Shown one piece after another: positions 1-10,335 of a DNA stretch of 64,000 nt. The number at the start of each line of letters is the position of its first letter. The stretch's first letter is position 1. The notes below the pieces were generated by a model. The model was not told where the DNA came from. It ran no database searches and saw only the letters and a list, made by a program, of their open reading frames with translations. Origin of the DNA: a virus (Duplodnaviria; Caudoviricetes); IMG/VR virus record IMGVR_UViG_3300010346_000241, positions 165,449 to 229,448 of that record, one strand, 5' to 3'. A program made the position numbers and the translations under genes.

Positions 1-1
1 G

Positions 2-217
2 CCTGAAAGAGATACAGATCCATGCCCTCCAATTGTCGGTACAGCTCCTATCGCTCCTGACGCCAATGGAGTGATTAGAGATATGTATGGTAAGCCTCTA
101 TTTGATCCTACAAAGGATTTAGCGAGTCAGCTTACAACAGAACAGCAGGATGCATTGACTGAGTACAATATCAATGCTAGACTCGCTCAGTATAAAGCAA
201 TGGGGGAGGAAGTATAG
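2..217 (+). CDS. C-terminal part of a hypothetical protein (runs off the left edge of the window)
   Basis: Frame is open from position 2 (PERDTDPCPP...AMGEEV) to TAG 215-217, which overlaps the GTG start of the next gene. Confidence 0.7.
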   Translation, partial: PERDTDPCPPIVGTAPIAPDANGVIRDMYGKPLFDPTKDLASQLTTEQQDALTEYNINARLAQYKAMGEEV

Positions 218-2643
218 TGAAAGTTAATAGCGAACTTGACAAGATATACTTCGATCCTATAGCGAAGTACAAAGAAGTCCATGGACTCGACCCAGAGATA
301 AACATCGACGATCAGATGATACGTTGGTATGATTCTTGGCAGAGTCCACCATTAGCGAGATGGTTCACACCTCAGGACGTTAAGTTTATTGAGGATGTAG
401 CTGTCTCACCAACGCTTACAACACATCCAATAGAGAAGTATCATCTTCTGGATGAGTTTATGGCGAGCAGAGGGTTCAAGACTGAGATAGGTGGAACCAA
501 TCGTAGGTTCTATTCATCTGTAGAATTCCCTCAGTTTGGTGCTAAGATAAGCACCTCATTAGAAGGGTTTAAGAACAATAAGGACGAGTTCAACGTTCAG
601 CATGTTCTGAAGCCATACTGTACTAAAGTCTATGACGTTACCCAGTCTGGGGCAATAGCTTTGGATGAAGTTGGTATCAGAGTAGATAAGGACAGTATAG
701 TCGATTATGGTGATCAGATCTTCGATATACTTGATATAGTATTCAGAAGAAGAAAGATCGCCATGACTGATGTAGGAATCGCTACTCCTAAGCAGTGGGT
801 CATCAGAAGAAACTTCGGTCCAATCTTATGCGACTTCCCATCAGTAGTTATACTTGATCCTAAGAAGTGCTATTGTACTAAGAGGATCAAAAGACATGGT
901 ATAGAAATGCCATGCAATGGTCTTATTGACTTCGATCTCGGGTTCAATAAGATGGAGTGTACTGTCTGCGGACAGAAGTACGAGATCAAGAGCCTTATGG
1001 CCACAAACACAACCGCAATAAACAATAATACCACCTATGTAAAGGGTGGCTCAAACAGAAAAGGAGAGTTAAGTAATATGAGTATTGAAATTATCTTTGA
1101 GAAGGACGATGTTATCATCGATGGAGTAAGCCAGAAGACAAAGCAGGTTGTTACACCTAGCAGAGCATCAAGCTTTATAGACATGGAGCATGCTCCTAAG
1201 GCAGCATCATCTACACCTATAACACCTGTCCCTGTAGCAGGCTCAATAGACACAAAGGATGATATTAACTCATTCGTTAAGACTATGACAGAGCGTACAG
1301 AATTTATGGCAGACGAAACCTTCTCTTCAGCCCTTAATGTAATGGCAGAAGACGATGAAGCAGAAGACAAGAAGGAAGAAGAGGTTATCGACGTCAAAGA
1401 AAATGAGACAACTCCTGTGGAGCATGTTGAAGCAGAAATCGTTGATGTTCCTGACGATACTGCAATCCTGAATTCCTATTCAGCCACTGCAGAAGTATTG
1501 GCTGACAAGTACAAAGGAAATCTCGAAGGATTAGCAGAGGACGAGGACAATAATGAAGACACTGATGAAGACTACATCACTCGTAGTGAATTCGATATGT
1601 TCGCAACCTCAATCTACAACAAGATCAATGAGATCGAAGGAACTGTAAGCATTCTTAGTGAGAAGGTTGATAATCTCACTACTGGTCTGAAAGACATCAA
1701 CGATGAGTATACCAAAGATGCGGCTAAGATCAATGAGAACTTTGGTATAATCGAAGTAGATTCGAAAAGCTTGAAAGATAAGATCGGAGGAATCGTGTAC
1801 GATTTCGGTGTAAAGTTCGGTAGCCTTGAAGACAAGATCGTAAGACTTAGCAATGCTTTGGCAACTACAGATATCAATAAGAAAGATATCATCGAGGAAG
1901 CAGTTGAGAAGATCATACCTGCAATCTTCAAGCACCTTCCTGAACTTATAAGAGATCAGCTTCAGGAGTCGGAAGGAGAATCAGAGCCTAATGTTCCTGA
2001 TGACGAGATTCCTAAGTCATGGCGATTGGAAGATCCTGTAGTGATTTCTGAAAGCGATGCTGCTGCTTATGCATCATCAGAAGAAGATACTGTTGAAGTA
2101 GAACCTTCAGATAACGACGTTCTTCTGAATAAGTATGATGACGATGGATCATATATAGATGACGAAGGTGCAGATGTAGCTCCCTCCAATGGTCCTATAG
2201 CAGCAAGCATAGAGTTTACATACATAGCGCCATTGAATGAGTTCATCATGGAAAAGGTAAAGATCATCAAAGATGCAGCTGAGAAAGGTCAACTGTTCCC
2301 TTGGACGATGAAGCCTGGTGATACAACTCCTCATCCTGAGAAGCAGGTATACGAAGGATCCACTTTTGCTCCTCAGCCTAAGAAAGAAGATTCTGACTTG
2401 GGCGAAGAGGAACAGTCATTTAGAGACTATGTATACGACAGATATGCTGAAGAAGACGAAGACGATTCAATGACAATCAAGACTTCTTCAGTTATCACAA
2501 ACAACACCCCTGCTGGTTACTATGATCCTGCCAAGGCAGCAAGAGCTAAGAAGTTCGCTAACAAGCAGAACAAGAAGAACAACAGGGACAACGACTATAA
2601 CGGCGGCGGTAAGCACAATAAGAAGAACAAGAAGCATCACTAA
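217..2643 (+). CDS. Degenerate protein-kinase-like domain + Zn ribbon + long acidic/coiled-coil region
   Basis: GGTNR (Gly loop), FGAK (VAIK-like), NKDE (alphaC), TDVG..PKQW and ILCDF (DFG-like) occur in kinase order; Cys pairs (CYC..C..CTVC) follow; strong internal SD AAAGGAGAG before ATG 1078. Confidence 0.55.
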   Translation: MKVNSELDKIYFDPIAKYKEVHGLDPEINIDDQMIRWYDSWQSPPLARWFTPQDVKFIEDVAVSPTLTTHPIEKYHLLDEFMASRGFKTEIGGTNRRFYSSVEFPQFGAKISTSLEGFKNNKDEFNVQHVLKPYCTKVYDVTQSGAIALDEVGIRVDKDSIVDYGDQIFDILDIVFRRRKIAMTDVGIATPKQWVIRRNFGPILCDFPSVVILDPKKCYCTKRIKRHGIEMPCNGLIDFDLGFNKMECTVCGQKYEIKSLMATNTTAINNNTTYVKGGSNRKGELSNMSIEIIFEKDDVIIDGVSQKTKQVVTPSRASSFIDMEHAPKAASSTPITPVPVAGSIDTKDDINSFVKTMTERTEFMADETFSSALNVMAEDDEAEDKKEEEVIDVKENETTPVEHVEAEIVDVPDDTAILNSYSATAEVLADKYKGNLEGLAEDEDNNEDTDEDYITRSEFDMFATSIYNKINEIEGTVSILSEKVDNLTTGLKDINDEYTKDAAKINENFGIIEVDSKSLKDKIGGIVYDFGVKFGSLEDKIVRLSNALATTDINKKDIIEEAVEKIIPAIFKHLPELIRDQLQESEGESEPNVPDDEIPKSWRLEDPVVISESDAAAYASSEEDTVEVEPSDNDVLLNKYDDDGSYIDDEGADVAPSNGPIAASIEFTYIAPLNEFIMEKVKIIKDAAEKGQLFPWTMKPGDTTPHPEKQVYEGSTFAPQPKKEDSDLGEEEQSFRDYVYDRYAEEDEDDSMTIKTSSVITNNTPAGYYDPAKAARAKKFANKQNKKNNRDNDYNGGGKHNKKNKKHH

Positions 2644-2650
2644 GCATTAT

Positions 2651-2672
2651 GGGGGTGATCTTACTCACCCCC
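2651..2672 (+). terminator. Intergenic hairpin
   Basis: GGGGGTGA-tcttac-TCACCCCC just after the stop codon. Confidence 0.5.
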
Positions 2673-2698
2673 TAACACTATAAAAAGGAGGTAATAGT

Positions 2699-3283
2699 AT
2701 GGCACTTGCGTACTACATCAACAACGGCAACGAACTCGCTGCAGTAAGACAGGCTCTTGCTAATAGCGGTCGTAAACATTTTGTGATTCTGCTTGATGAT
2801 CCTATGATCGATCAGGCACAAGTTCAGGCATTAGGAGCTCAGAATATATTGATCGGAAGTATTCTGCTTCCTGATCTGAACTGTTTTGAAATGCTTCAGA
2901 ATGGAGACAGATATAAGTTTGAGATAAACTACATCAACTATCTTGTCAACTCCGATATGACTCCAGGGATAGATGAGTTCATCTCAATAATAGCAGCAAA
3001 GATGGTCTTTGAGGATATTGACTTTATCTTCTATCAGGAAGGTGGAGATAAGATAGTCAATAATCTTGATCCTAAGGCATTTACAAATGTACTTTTTGAC
3101 GTGTTCAGAAAGTACTATGGCATAATGGTATGCACTTTCCCACAGATGCCTAATACATCTAGTATCGATCCTGCATATGTAGGTCAGATACAGAACAAGG
3201 CTTATGCTTACGGTGTATATGCAGTACCTCAGCAGCAGCCACAGCAGCAGATGCTGTTCACACCTATGTGGGGTGGTCAGTAA
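2699..3283 (+). CDS. Hypothetical protein
   Basis: 194 aa ORF with SD AAGGAGG. Confidence 0.8.
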   Translation: MALAYYINNGNELAAVRQALANSGRKHFVILLDDPMIDQAQVQALGAQNILIGSILLPDLNCFEMLQNGDRYKFEINYINYLVNSDMTPGIDEFISIIAAKMVFEDIDFIFYQEGGDKIVNNLDPKAFTNVLFDVFRKYYGIMVCTFPQMPNTSSIDPAYVGQIQNKAYAYGVYAVPQQQPQQQMLFTPMWGGQ

Positions 3284-3765
3284 TGATAGCCTTCTCACAA
3301 TTCCCGTTTACCAGAGGCAATACGGATACAATGATAGTCTCATTGTGTTCGTATAGAGAGGGATTCACGAACATATCTTTCTTAGACCCCTTCAACTATA
3401 GTAGCAACTATGCCATGTATAATGATGATGCTCAGTTCAATCGTTTCTGTTATGACTTGTGGACAGCTAATCCAGAAGCTCATAAAGTGATTGTAGATAT
3501 CATGCGTTATGTTCATTATGGTAATGACGTTGTTATCTTAGTTGACTTCAGCATTCCATATGCAGAGTATCTTGCTGAGACAATGGCAGGTTATCTGTTA
3601 ATGATGTATGGATGCCCAAGCAATATAATCAAAGAACCCGAAGACGTTGAGACAATCAAAGAAGCTACATTCTCTGATAGAGGATTAGAGCAAGTAGAGC
3701 TTGATCTCGGATGGGTTCGACAAAACTTTGCCTGGAGTGATCTTCCTAACGATCCTCCAGACTAA
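3283..3765 (+). CDS. Hypothetical protein, possibly a distant paralog of the upstream gene
   Basis: Start ATG 3283 overlaps the upstream stop (TAATG); similar F..Y..L / D-hydrophobic-strand / YG pattern. Confidence 0.7.
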   Translation: MIAFSQFPFTRGNTDTMIVSLCSYREGFTNISFLDPFNYSSNYAMYNDDAQFNRFCYDLWTANPEAHKVIVDIMRYVHYGNDVVILVDFSIPYAEYLAETMAGYLLMMYGCPSNIIKEPEDVETIKEATFSDRGLEQVELDLGWVRQNFAWSDLPNDPPD

Positions 3766-3777
3766 GGAGGAAACCGT

Positions 3778-4584
3778 ATGAGCATATGGAAGAAGACCAA
3801 TTATACTACTCCACTATGTTACATTCAGACTAGTATATATGAGTATGACATACGAAAGGCAAACATCTCCATCTTGTTAAAGTATGGAGCTATCTCAAAA
3901 GATACCTATAATGAGTTCCTTGTAATGGATAAACAGGAACGTCAGATCAAGATAGGTCTCATGCAAAGGAAAAACCCAAAGCTCAAGCAAGTTCTTGAGA
4001 CTGGGTTTGAGGAAGCTAGAAAACTTCTCATAGAATCCAACTCTATAGAATTGGATGAGATCGTTTCGATAAAGAAAGATGCACTCTTTATCACTCGTCC
4101 ACTACAACATACCTCGTTCTCTCCTATAGAGTTTGTCTTGAAGAATCGATACGACTTGTTTCTCAAGACAGAGTGTCCTAAGTTAGAATTCTTCTTCGGA
4201 GTAGCTACAGATGAAGATTCTATCATAGACGTGAAGGGTGTTAAGGACGAAGCACTTCAGATTCACTATGACACTTGGATTACATTTCTATGTACTCTCT
4301 TCGGTCACCTGATGAACGGAGATATTAAATCTGCGATCAACTACCTAAGTGACATATCGAAGAAGTATATCAATAGATCACTCCCTGTAGAATGGTATAG
4401 GGAGTTCAATAGTCAGTCTCACTTTAGAATCATGCCTGGATTCGTAAGTGAGTTTACTATAGATAGGGCACCAGACCCACCATACATGGGAGCGTTAAAC
4501 ATTGAGTATAACTACAACCTGTTGATGAGTCTGAATACAGTAGTCTCTGAACTGTATCTTATGACAAGGAGGGGAGGGCGCTAG
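3778..4584 (+). CDS. Divergent family-B DNA polymerase-like palm-domain protein
   Basis: EYDIRKANISIL resembles PolB motif A and SIKKDALF resembles motif C; only 268 aa; SD AAGGAGG. Confidence 0.45.
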   Translation: MSIWKKTNYTTPLCYIQTSIYEYDIRKANISILLKYGAISKDTYNEFLVMDKQERQIKIGLMQRKNPKLKQVLETGFEEARKLLIESNSIELDEIVSIKKDALFITRPLQHTSFSPIEFVLKNRYDLFLKTECPKLEFFFGVATDEDSIIDVKGVKDEALQIHYDTWITFLCTLFGHLMNGDIKSAINYLSDISKKYINRSLPVEWYREFNSQSHFRIMPGFVSEFTIDRAPDPPYMGALNIEYNYNLLMSLNTVVSELYLMTRRGGR

Positions 4585-4618
4585 GCTCTCCCCTAGCCCT
4601 TATTTTTTCTTGTTCCGA

Positions 4619-4630
4619 AACATCTAAGTA
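4619..4630 (+). promoter_or_regulatory. Late-type phage promoter AACA-N6-TA
   Basis: AACA TCTAAG TA upstream of the SD; the motif recurs before many genes. Confidence 0.7.
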
Positions 4631-4656
4631 ACAATCAACACAAAGGAGGAAACGTA

Positions 4657-7600
4657 ATGAGTACAGAACTTCTCACTAGACGTATGGACCTTATCCATAC
4701 GCTTACACAAGAGACTGGATCGTCAGGTCCAGCTGTCAATCACCTCACTATGGATACATCTTATCCTGTTAAAGTGAAAGGTATAATCCTTAAAGAATAC
4801 TTAGCAACTGCTACTCTTCCTAACTATCCATATAGCTCTTGGCATAAGGTGTTCGATGTCAAGAACCAGAATAACGATGTAGTTGCTCAGTTTACAGCAG
4901 ACCAATGTTTCGATTTCGATGGTGGCCCATTAGATTCTCTTCCAGATGTAGGAGAGTATGTAATGGCTCTTATAGATCTTGATGCTAACAAGATCTTCAT
5001 AGCTCCTACTAATGAGATAGGTGGAGGATCGTTCAAAGAGTTTCGTAGACAGATAGTCGAAGATGAAAGCGCTACTCTTGTAAGTGATGCTGACCCTATC
5101 ATAGATATGAAGTCTATAAACCCATTGACATTCTACAGCTATAGTACAACTGAAGGAGCAAGCAATACTAAGAGACAGTATCCTGAAGATTACTACGATA
5201 AGTCTGTTTCAGAGCGTATGGTTAGTAGCACTATGCAGATAGTTGCAAATAAGCTTAAGACTAAGAAGGGTAAAGCATCTGCTTTGTTCCTTGTGCAGAA
5301 GAAGACTAACAAAACGTATGGAGTAGTCTCCAGAGATGTCGATAAAGCACATATGTACTTTGTAGACATCAACCCTTCTGAGATGTATATATCAGACAAA
5401 ATAGATCCTCAGCCTACATTGTACTGTGGTACATTCAATGACACCGATAGTAATGCATATAACTATATCTTCCCTGTAGACACCAATGCTCCTGGTACTC
5501 TTAAGATGTACTCTGTAGATCTCGACAGAGAAATAGAAGAAGTTGTTAATTCTGCTGCTGGTACGTCATATAATCTGCTCTCGAGAGCTGCTGCAGCTCA
5601 ACAGAATAACTGTATGAACTACTCTTTCATTCGAAACAATGAAGATCTTGTAGTATATCAGTTCTATCCCTACCAGCCAGAGCACGGTAGTAACGGTCTT
5701 GCAATGGCTCCTATAGCAAACGTCGAGATAGACGACCTCAATCGTCTTCAGTCTAACGTAGCTGTATGTGCATTCATGACTCCTAATGGAGATTCTGGAG
5801 AATATGGATCAGTCTACGGTAAACTTGCTGGAGGATATGCTACTATATTAGCAACTCAGGCTATTGTTCAGACTATAGGTAACCTCTCAGAACCATTCAG
5901 AACAAAATATGCTATACCTTACTCTTCTGACCCTATGTCTGCTTACCAGAGTATCATGGATAGAGAGAATGGTTCTAATCCACTTAGACTTACTCCATAT
6001 CCTGGTGGATATTTTGAGTATATCGAAAAACTGAATGAACTTTCTAAGTATTATCTGACTATAGCCTTTACAGGCAGTGGTGCTAGTGTAGACTATATGA
6101 ACCAACGTATTAAGTTCGTTCCCGTAAGAGATGTAGATAACTATATATCTCTTACGTCTCAGAGACTAATAGATTTCAGAATCAATGGTGTAGGTACCGA
6201 GATCAATATAGAGAACTCTGATTATGCTCCGTATATCACTACTCATTGGTGGAGTACTGGAGCTAATGGTAGTAAGAACTTCGGAATAGATATGTTTACC
6301 AACCCTTCAAACAACCATCTTGTGCTTGCTGGTAACGGTAATGGTCTGTTTGGTGCCAACGACGATCAGTTCGTAGAACTCTCTTCTACAATCGATCCTT
6401 TCACTAAGACATCTGTTACACCTGCTACGGATGATCGTTATTGCACGGCAACTTACTTGATGTCTGACAGTATCATTGAAGAGATCAAGACAGCTACAAG
6501 CATACCTGATGCTGAATGTAGCGAGGTTATGTTTAACTTCAAAGTTGTTCATATCGATAAGGATATTGAAGACATTGTATACAAGCTTGATGACAGTGCT
6601 CATGGTACAACTTTCACTTCCAAGATACAGCTTGATTACTCACAAGGTAACGCTAAGTTCCTCATAGGAACCAATCTTTCTACTCCGAAGTATACATTCG
6701 AGTATGAGATATCCAACTTCGATGTGATACCTCACTACATTAACAACTACGGCGATGCAGGTAGAAACTTCTTCTCAGTACGTAAGCTTCATATAGACTA
6801 TCCTCATATGGTCAACTTTGATACCAAGGAAATACTCTATGAGCGTCTTACAGTATTTATACTTCAAGAGTTTACTCGTGCTGAGTTTGCTGAAAATGGC
6901 AACCCTGCACAGATATTACGTCCTATCAGTGTAGTACAGAATCTTGGTGTAGATGAAATGCACATAGATTCATTCCAGCTCTTTGAGGACAGAGAGTTCA
7001 CTACAGTAGTAACTAAGGCTATGTATGAGGCTTATAAAACCACCGCAGTCGACAAGACTCTCTATTACTACACTGGCCAGAACGACGATGCACATAAGAC
7101 TAGTGGTTGGCAAGAGAGATCTATCACAATTCACTTTACTCCTGCACCTTCTGGTTCTACTGATATACAGCAGAATGATGTATTCTATCAAGAGAATCTC
7201 GTTCAGCATTCATGGAACGCTTCAACAAGTTCTTGGGAGAGTGCTACTTGTGCTAGAAACAAGTATATCATAAGACCTAGAGGTGTAAGACTGTTCCCAT
7301 ACTCTGTAGCTCAGGTAGTTCCTTCATCTATAGCATTCTATCAGCCTAGCTGTCCTTATCCAAGAGTGCCTAGGATGAATGAGTTCCCTCCTCGTCCAGA
7401 TACTCAGTACGGAATCGACTTCCAGAAGTGGTTTAAGACTATAGACTGTTGGAAACTCTTCGACAGAAATGAGACTACTGCTCTTGAGAAGATGGCTATG
7501 TACAACAGAGGTATCGACGAGAAGTTTATCTATACTGATGCAAGTAAGACTAAGTATAGAAGTCTGTATGACTTCATGTATGATCTCTTTACTAAGGACA

Positions 7601-9030
7601 TCGGTAACGGAAAGGGTAAAGCCAAAGTCACAGATAAAAGTAGGAATTTTGAGGCAATCAATACTACGATGAGCTTCTTCGATGCGAATACCGCTATCAC
7701 TTGGCAAGAAGGTAACTCATATTCTACAACGGCAAGGTATGAGTTCAATGTAACATCAGACCATCCTCATGGTGGTATAGATACATACCTCAGAGACAAG
7801 ACTGATCCTACTATAGATTACTCAGTAAACGAGGCTAACAGAATCAATGTAGCTAAGGTTACTACTGGTCTAAAGAAGGTAACTGCTCTTTCGCTGACCG
7901 ATGAGAACGGCGATAAGCTTATTCTTACAGGTACTGGTGTAGATCTTATAGAGGCCGACACTATCAACTGGAAGGATCTTCTGTTAGGACTTAGTTCTAA
8001 TAGAAGTATAGATATAGCTGGTCCTCTTTCAGGAATGAAGCGTTATGCTAAGTCAAACCATAAGCTGGAAGAGCATAATAGGCAGTCTACAACTGGTTAT
8101 GCTATGATCTACAACTCAGACGGTACAAGTACTGGTATGGCTATCGAAGGTTATGATAGATATAACTGGGCTAAGGCATTCTGGTCAGACTCGATGATAA
8201 TAGATCTTCCTAATCTTCCAGCATATTGGTATATCGACGCCAATACTGGAATTGTTGGTAGTGAGATAGATACAGTACTTCCTGTAATCTGTCCTATCTT
8301 AGGAGCATCATTCAAGGGTCTTTCGAATATCGCTAATGCTTATCTTGCTGGAGATTCTGATCCTGTAAGATATGAAGCATTCATGTTTAAGGTAGTTAAA
8401 CAGTCTCATGAAGCCACAAGACTGGCATTCGTTGAGGTTAATACTGAAGACGGACTTATAGAAAGACTAGCTGACATGTCTGTTACTGCTCCTATAGTAT
8501 TCATAGCAGGATATCCAGCTCGTATAGAAATCGATACTGTAAATCACAGATTCTTCATCAAGTCTGGCTTCCAGGAGATACTCAACAGAAAGGTCTTCTA
8601 TCACCACATTGCAGAAAGAGAAGAAACTACTGGTACTATAGAAGGAAGAAAGGCTCCTCTTGCACTGGGATTCTTCAAGATTTCTGGTCACCATACATCT
8701 TCTTCAGCTTCTAAGGTCAGCTCAGTATTCAACACATCGGATACAAAGTTCTCAAACGATTACGTTGATGGACTCTACTATGCAACAGCAGAGGAAGGAA
8801 TCCTTAGATCTACCACAAGAGTCCTCACATTTAGATGGGATGATACTCTCACTATAACTGGTACTAACGATAATAAGGTTCCGATATACAATCCTTCTGC
8901 TTCTGGATATGCAGCACTCTATACTGACACTACTATCGATAGTAATGACGGTAAGGAGTTCGTTTGTGTATTTGATGCTAAGGGAAGAATCACTTCTATG
9001 ACTGTTGTGGGAGACGATCCTTCATTCTAA
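4657..9030 (+). CDS. Large putative virion structural / tail-associated protein
   Basis: 1457 aa, beta-rich T/S/N/D/Y composition, late-type promoter, SD AAGGAGG. Confidence 0.5.
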   Translation: MSTELLTRRMDLIHTLTQETGSSGPAVNHLTMDTSYPVKVKGIILKEYLATATLPNYPYSSWHKVFDVKNQNNDVVAQFTADQCFDFDGGPLDSLPDVGEYVMALIDLDANKIFIAPTNEIGGGSFKEFRRQIVEDESATLVSDADPIIDMKSINPLTFYSYSTTEGASNTKRQYPEDYYDKSVSERMVSSTMQIVANKLKTKKGKASALFLVQKKTNKTYGVVSRDVDKAHMYFVDINPSEMYISDKIDPQPTLYCGTFNDTDSNAYNYIFPVDTNAPGTLKMYSVDLDREIEEVVNSAAGTSYNLLSRAAAAQQNNCMNYSFIRNNEDLVVYQFYPYQPEHGSNGLAMAPIANVEIDDLNRLQSNVAVCAFMTPNGDSGEYGSVYGKLAGGYATILATQAIVQTIGNLSEPFRTKYAIPYSSDPMSAYQSIMDRENGSNPLRLTPYPGGYFEYIEKLNELSKYYLTIAFTGSGASVDYMNQRIKFVPVRDVDNYISLTSQRLIDFRINGVGTEINIENSDYAPYITTHWWSTGANGSKNFGIDMFTNPSNNHLVLAGNGNGLFGANDDQFVELSSTIDPFTKTSVTPATDDRYCTATYLMSDSIIEEIKTATSIPDAECSEVMFNFKVVHIDKDIEDIVYKLDDSAHGTTFTSKIQLDYSQGNAKFLIGTNLSTPKYTFEYEISNFDVIPHYINNYGDAGRNFFSVRKLHIDYPHMVNFDTKEILYERLTVFILQEFTRAEFAENGNPAQILRPISVVQNLGVDEMHIDSFQLFEDREFTTVVTKAMYEAYKTTAVDKTLYYYTGQNDDAHKTSGWQERSITIHFTPAPSGSTDIQQNDVFYQENLVQHSWNASTSSWESATCARNKYIIRPRGVRLFPYSVAQVVPSSIAFYQPSCPYPRVPRMNEFPPRPDTQYGIDFQKWFKTIDCWKLFDRNETTALEKMAMYNRGIDEKFIYTDASKTKYRSLYDFMYDLFTKDIGNGKGKAKVTDKSRNFEAINTTMSFFDANTAITWQEGNSYSTTARYEFNVTSDHPHGGIDTYLRDKTDPTIDYSVNEANRINVAKVTTGLKKVTALSLTDENGDKLILTGTGVDLIEADTINWKDLLLGLSSNRSIDIAGPLSGMKRYAKSNHKLEEHNRQSTTGYAMIYNSDGTSTGMAIEGYDRYNWAKAFWSDSMIIDLPNLPAYWYIDANTGIVGSEIDTVLPVICPILGASFKGLSNIANAYLAGDSDPVRYEAFMFKVVKQSHEATRLAFVEVNTEDGLIERLADMSVTAPIVFIAGYPARIEIDTVNHRFFIKSGFQEILNRKVFYHHIAEREETTGTIEGRKAPLALGFFKISGHHTSSSASKVSSVFNTSDTKFSNDYVDGLYYATAEEGILRSTTRVLTFRWDDTLTITGTNDNKVPIYNPSASGYAALYTDTTIDSNDGKEFVCVFDAKGRITSMTVVGDDPSF

Positions 9031-9064
9031 TCGACATTTAGGGGTCTACCTATGTAGGCCCCTA

Positions 9065-9076
9065 AACATTTATATA
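9065..9076 (+). promoter_or_regulatory. Late-type promoter
   Basis: AACA TTTATA TA directly after hairpin 9037-9066. Confidence 0.7.
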
Positions 9077-9102
9077 ATAATAACCGTAAAGGAGGTTACA
9101 CT

Positions 9103-10239
9103 ATGTACAGAGGTATAGACGTCTCATACTTCCAGGGCAATATAAACTGGAATGCTGTAAAGCAGTCTGGTATTGACTTTGTCATTATTCGTGCTGGATA
9201 TGGTAGACTTATCTCACAAAAGGACGTAAAGTTTGAAGAGTACTATGCTGGTGCTAAAGCTGCTGGCCTTATGGTTGGTACTTACTGGTATTCTTATGCT
9301 ATGTCTGCTGCAGAGGCTCGCATAGAAGCTGACTGTTTCCTTCAGGCTATCAAGGGTAAGACATTCGACTACCCTCTCTTCTACGATGTAGAGGAAGGAA
9401 AACAGAGAGGCATTGTAAACGAGATCATTCCCGCATTCCTTGAGAAGGTTAAAGCTGCAGGATACTACGTAGGACTTTACACATTCTACGATATGTCCAA
9501 GGCGGTATCAACCCAGATCAAGAACACATACGATGTCTGGATAGCTCATACAGGAGTAAACAAGACTCCTTATACTGGCCATACTATGTGGCAGTATAGC
9601 TGGACTCTTAAGATTCCTGGAATTCCTAATAGCTATATCGACGGCGTAGATGGAGACTACTGCTATGTAGATTACCCTGCAAAGATCAAGGGTGCTAAGT
9701 CTGTAGTGGAGCAGCCTAAGGAAGAGCCTAAGCCTGTTCAGCAGCCTACTCAGGCACCTACAACAAACCCGAATCTTCTCCATCTCAACAATACTCCTCT
9801 CTATACATCGTCTACTGCTAAGAATGCTTCTGGTACTAAGACTGGTACATTCTACAAGTATGACGACAAGGTCGTTAACGGACGTATTCGTATCACCAAT
9901 TCGGCAGCTAATGTAGGAAAGACTCCTATTGGTAACTATGTTACTGGTTGGATAGATGCCCCTACATCAACAGCAGCTCCCGTTCAGGAAGCTAAGAAGG
10001 AAGAGACTGCATCTGCTCCCGCTATATCGGCAGGACAGAAGGTTAATCTTTCCAGTGTTGATCTCTTCACATCGTCTACTGCCAAGAATCCTTCTGGTAA
10101 GAAGTCTGGTACTTTCTATCTCTACGATAATAAAGTGCTCAACGGACGTATCAGAATCACCAATACTCCTGGCAACGTAGGCAGAACACCTATCGGCAAT
10201 TATGTAACTGGCTGGATTTCAGTGTCCAATGTCAAGTGA
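9103..10239 (+). CDS. Endolysin: GH25 muramidase with two C-terminal cell-wall-binding repeats
   Basis: GIDVSYFQG, IIRAGYG, FYDVE, MWQYS and VDGD GH25 motifs; duplicated ~60 aa domain (L.TSSTAKN.SG.K.GTFY.YD.KV.NGRIRITN...VG.TPIGNYVTGWI). Confidence 0.92.
   Translation: MYRGIDVSYFQGNINWNAVKQSGIDFVIIRAGYGRLISQKDVKFEEYYAGAKAAGLMVGTYWYSYAMSAAEARIEADCFLQAIKGKTFDYPLFYDVEEGKQRGIVNEIIPAFLEKVKAAGYYVGLYTFYDMSKAVSTQIKNTYDVWIAHTGVNKTPYTGHTMWQYSWTLKIPGIPNSYIDGVDGDYCYVDYPAKIKGAKSVVEQPKEEPKPVQQPTQAPTTNPNLLHLNNTPLYTSSTAKNASGTKTGTFYKYDDKVVNGRIRITNSAANVGKTPIGNYVTGWIDAPTSTAAPVQEAKKEETASAPAISAGQKVNLSSVDLFTSSTAKNPSGKKSGTFYLYDNKVLNGRIRITNTPGNVGRTPIGNYVTGWISVSNVK
9778..10218 (+). repeat. Tandem duplicated cell-wall-binding domain inside the endolysin
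   Basis: Two near-identical ~59 aa units (~9778-9954 and ~10042-10218) separated by a P/A/T/E linker. Confidence 0.8.
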
Positions 10240-10335
10240 CATATATACGGAGGGGGGCAATAGCCTCCCTCTGTCATTGCTGTTCATTACACCCTCCGTA
10301 ACCATTCTATAATCATTTTAAAGGAGGGACAGTTT

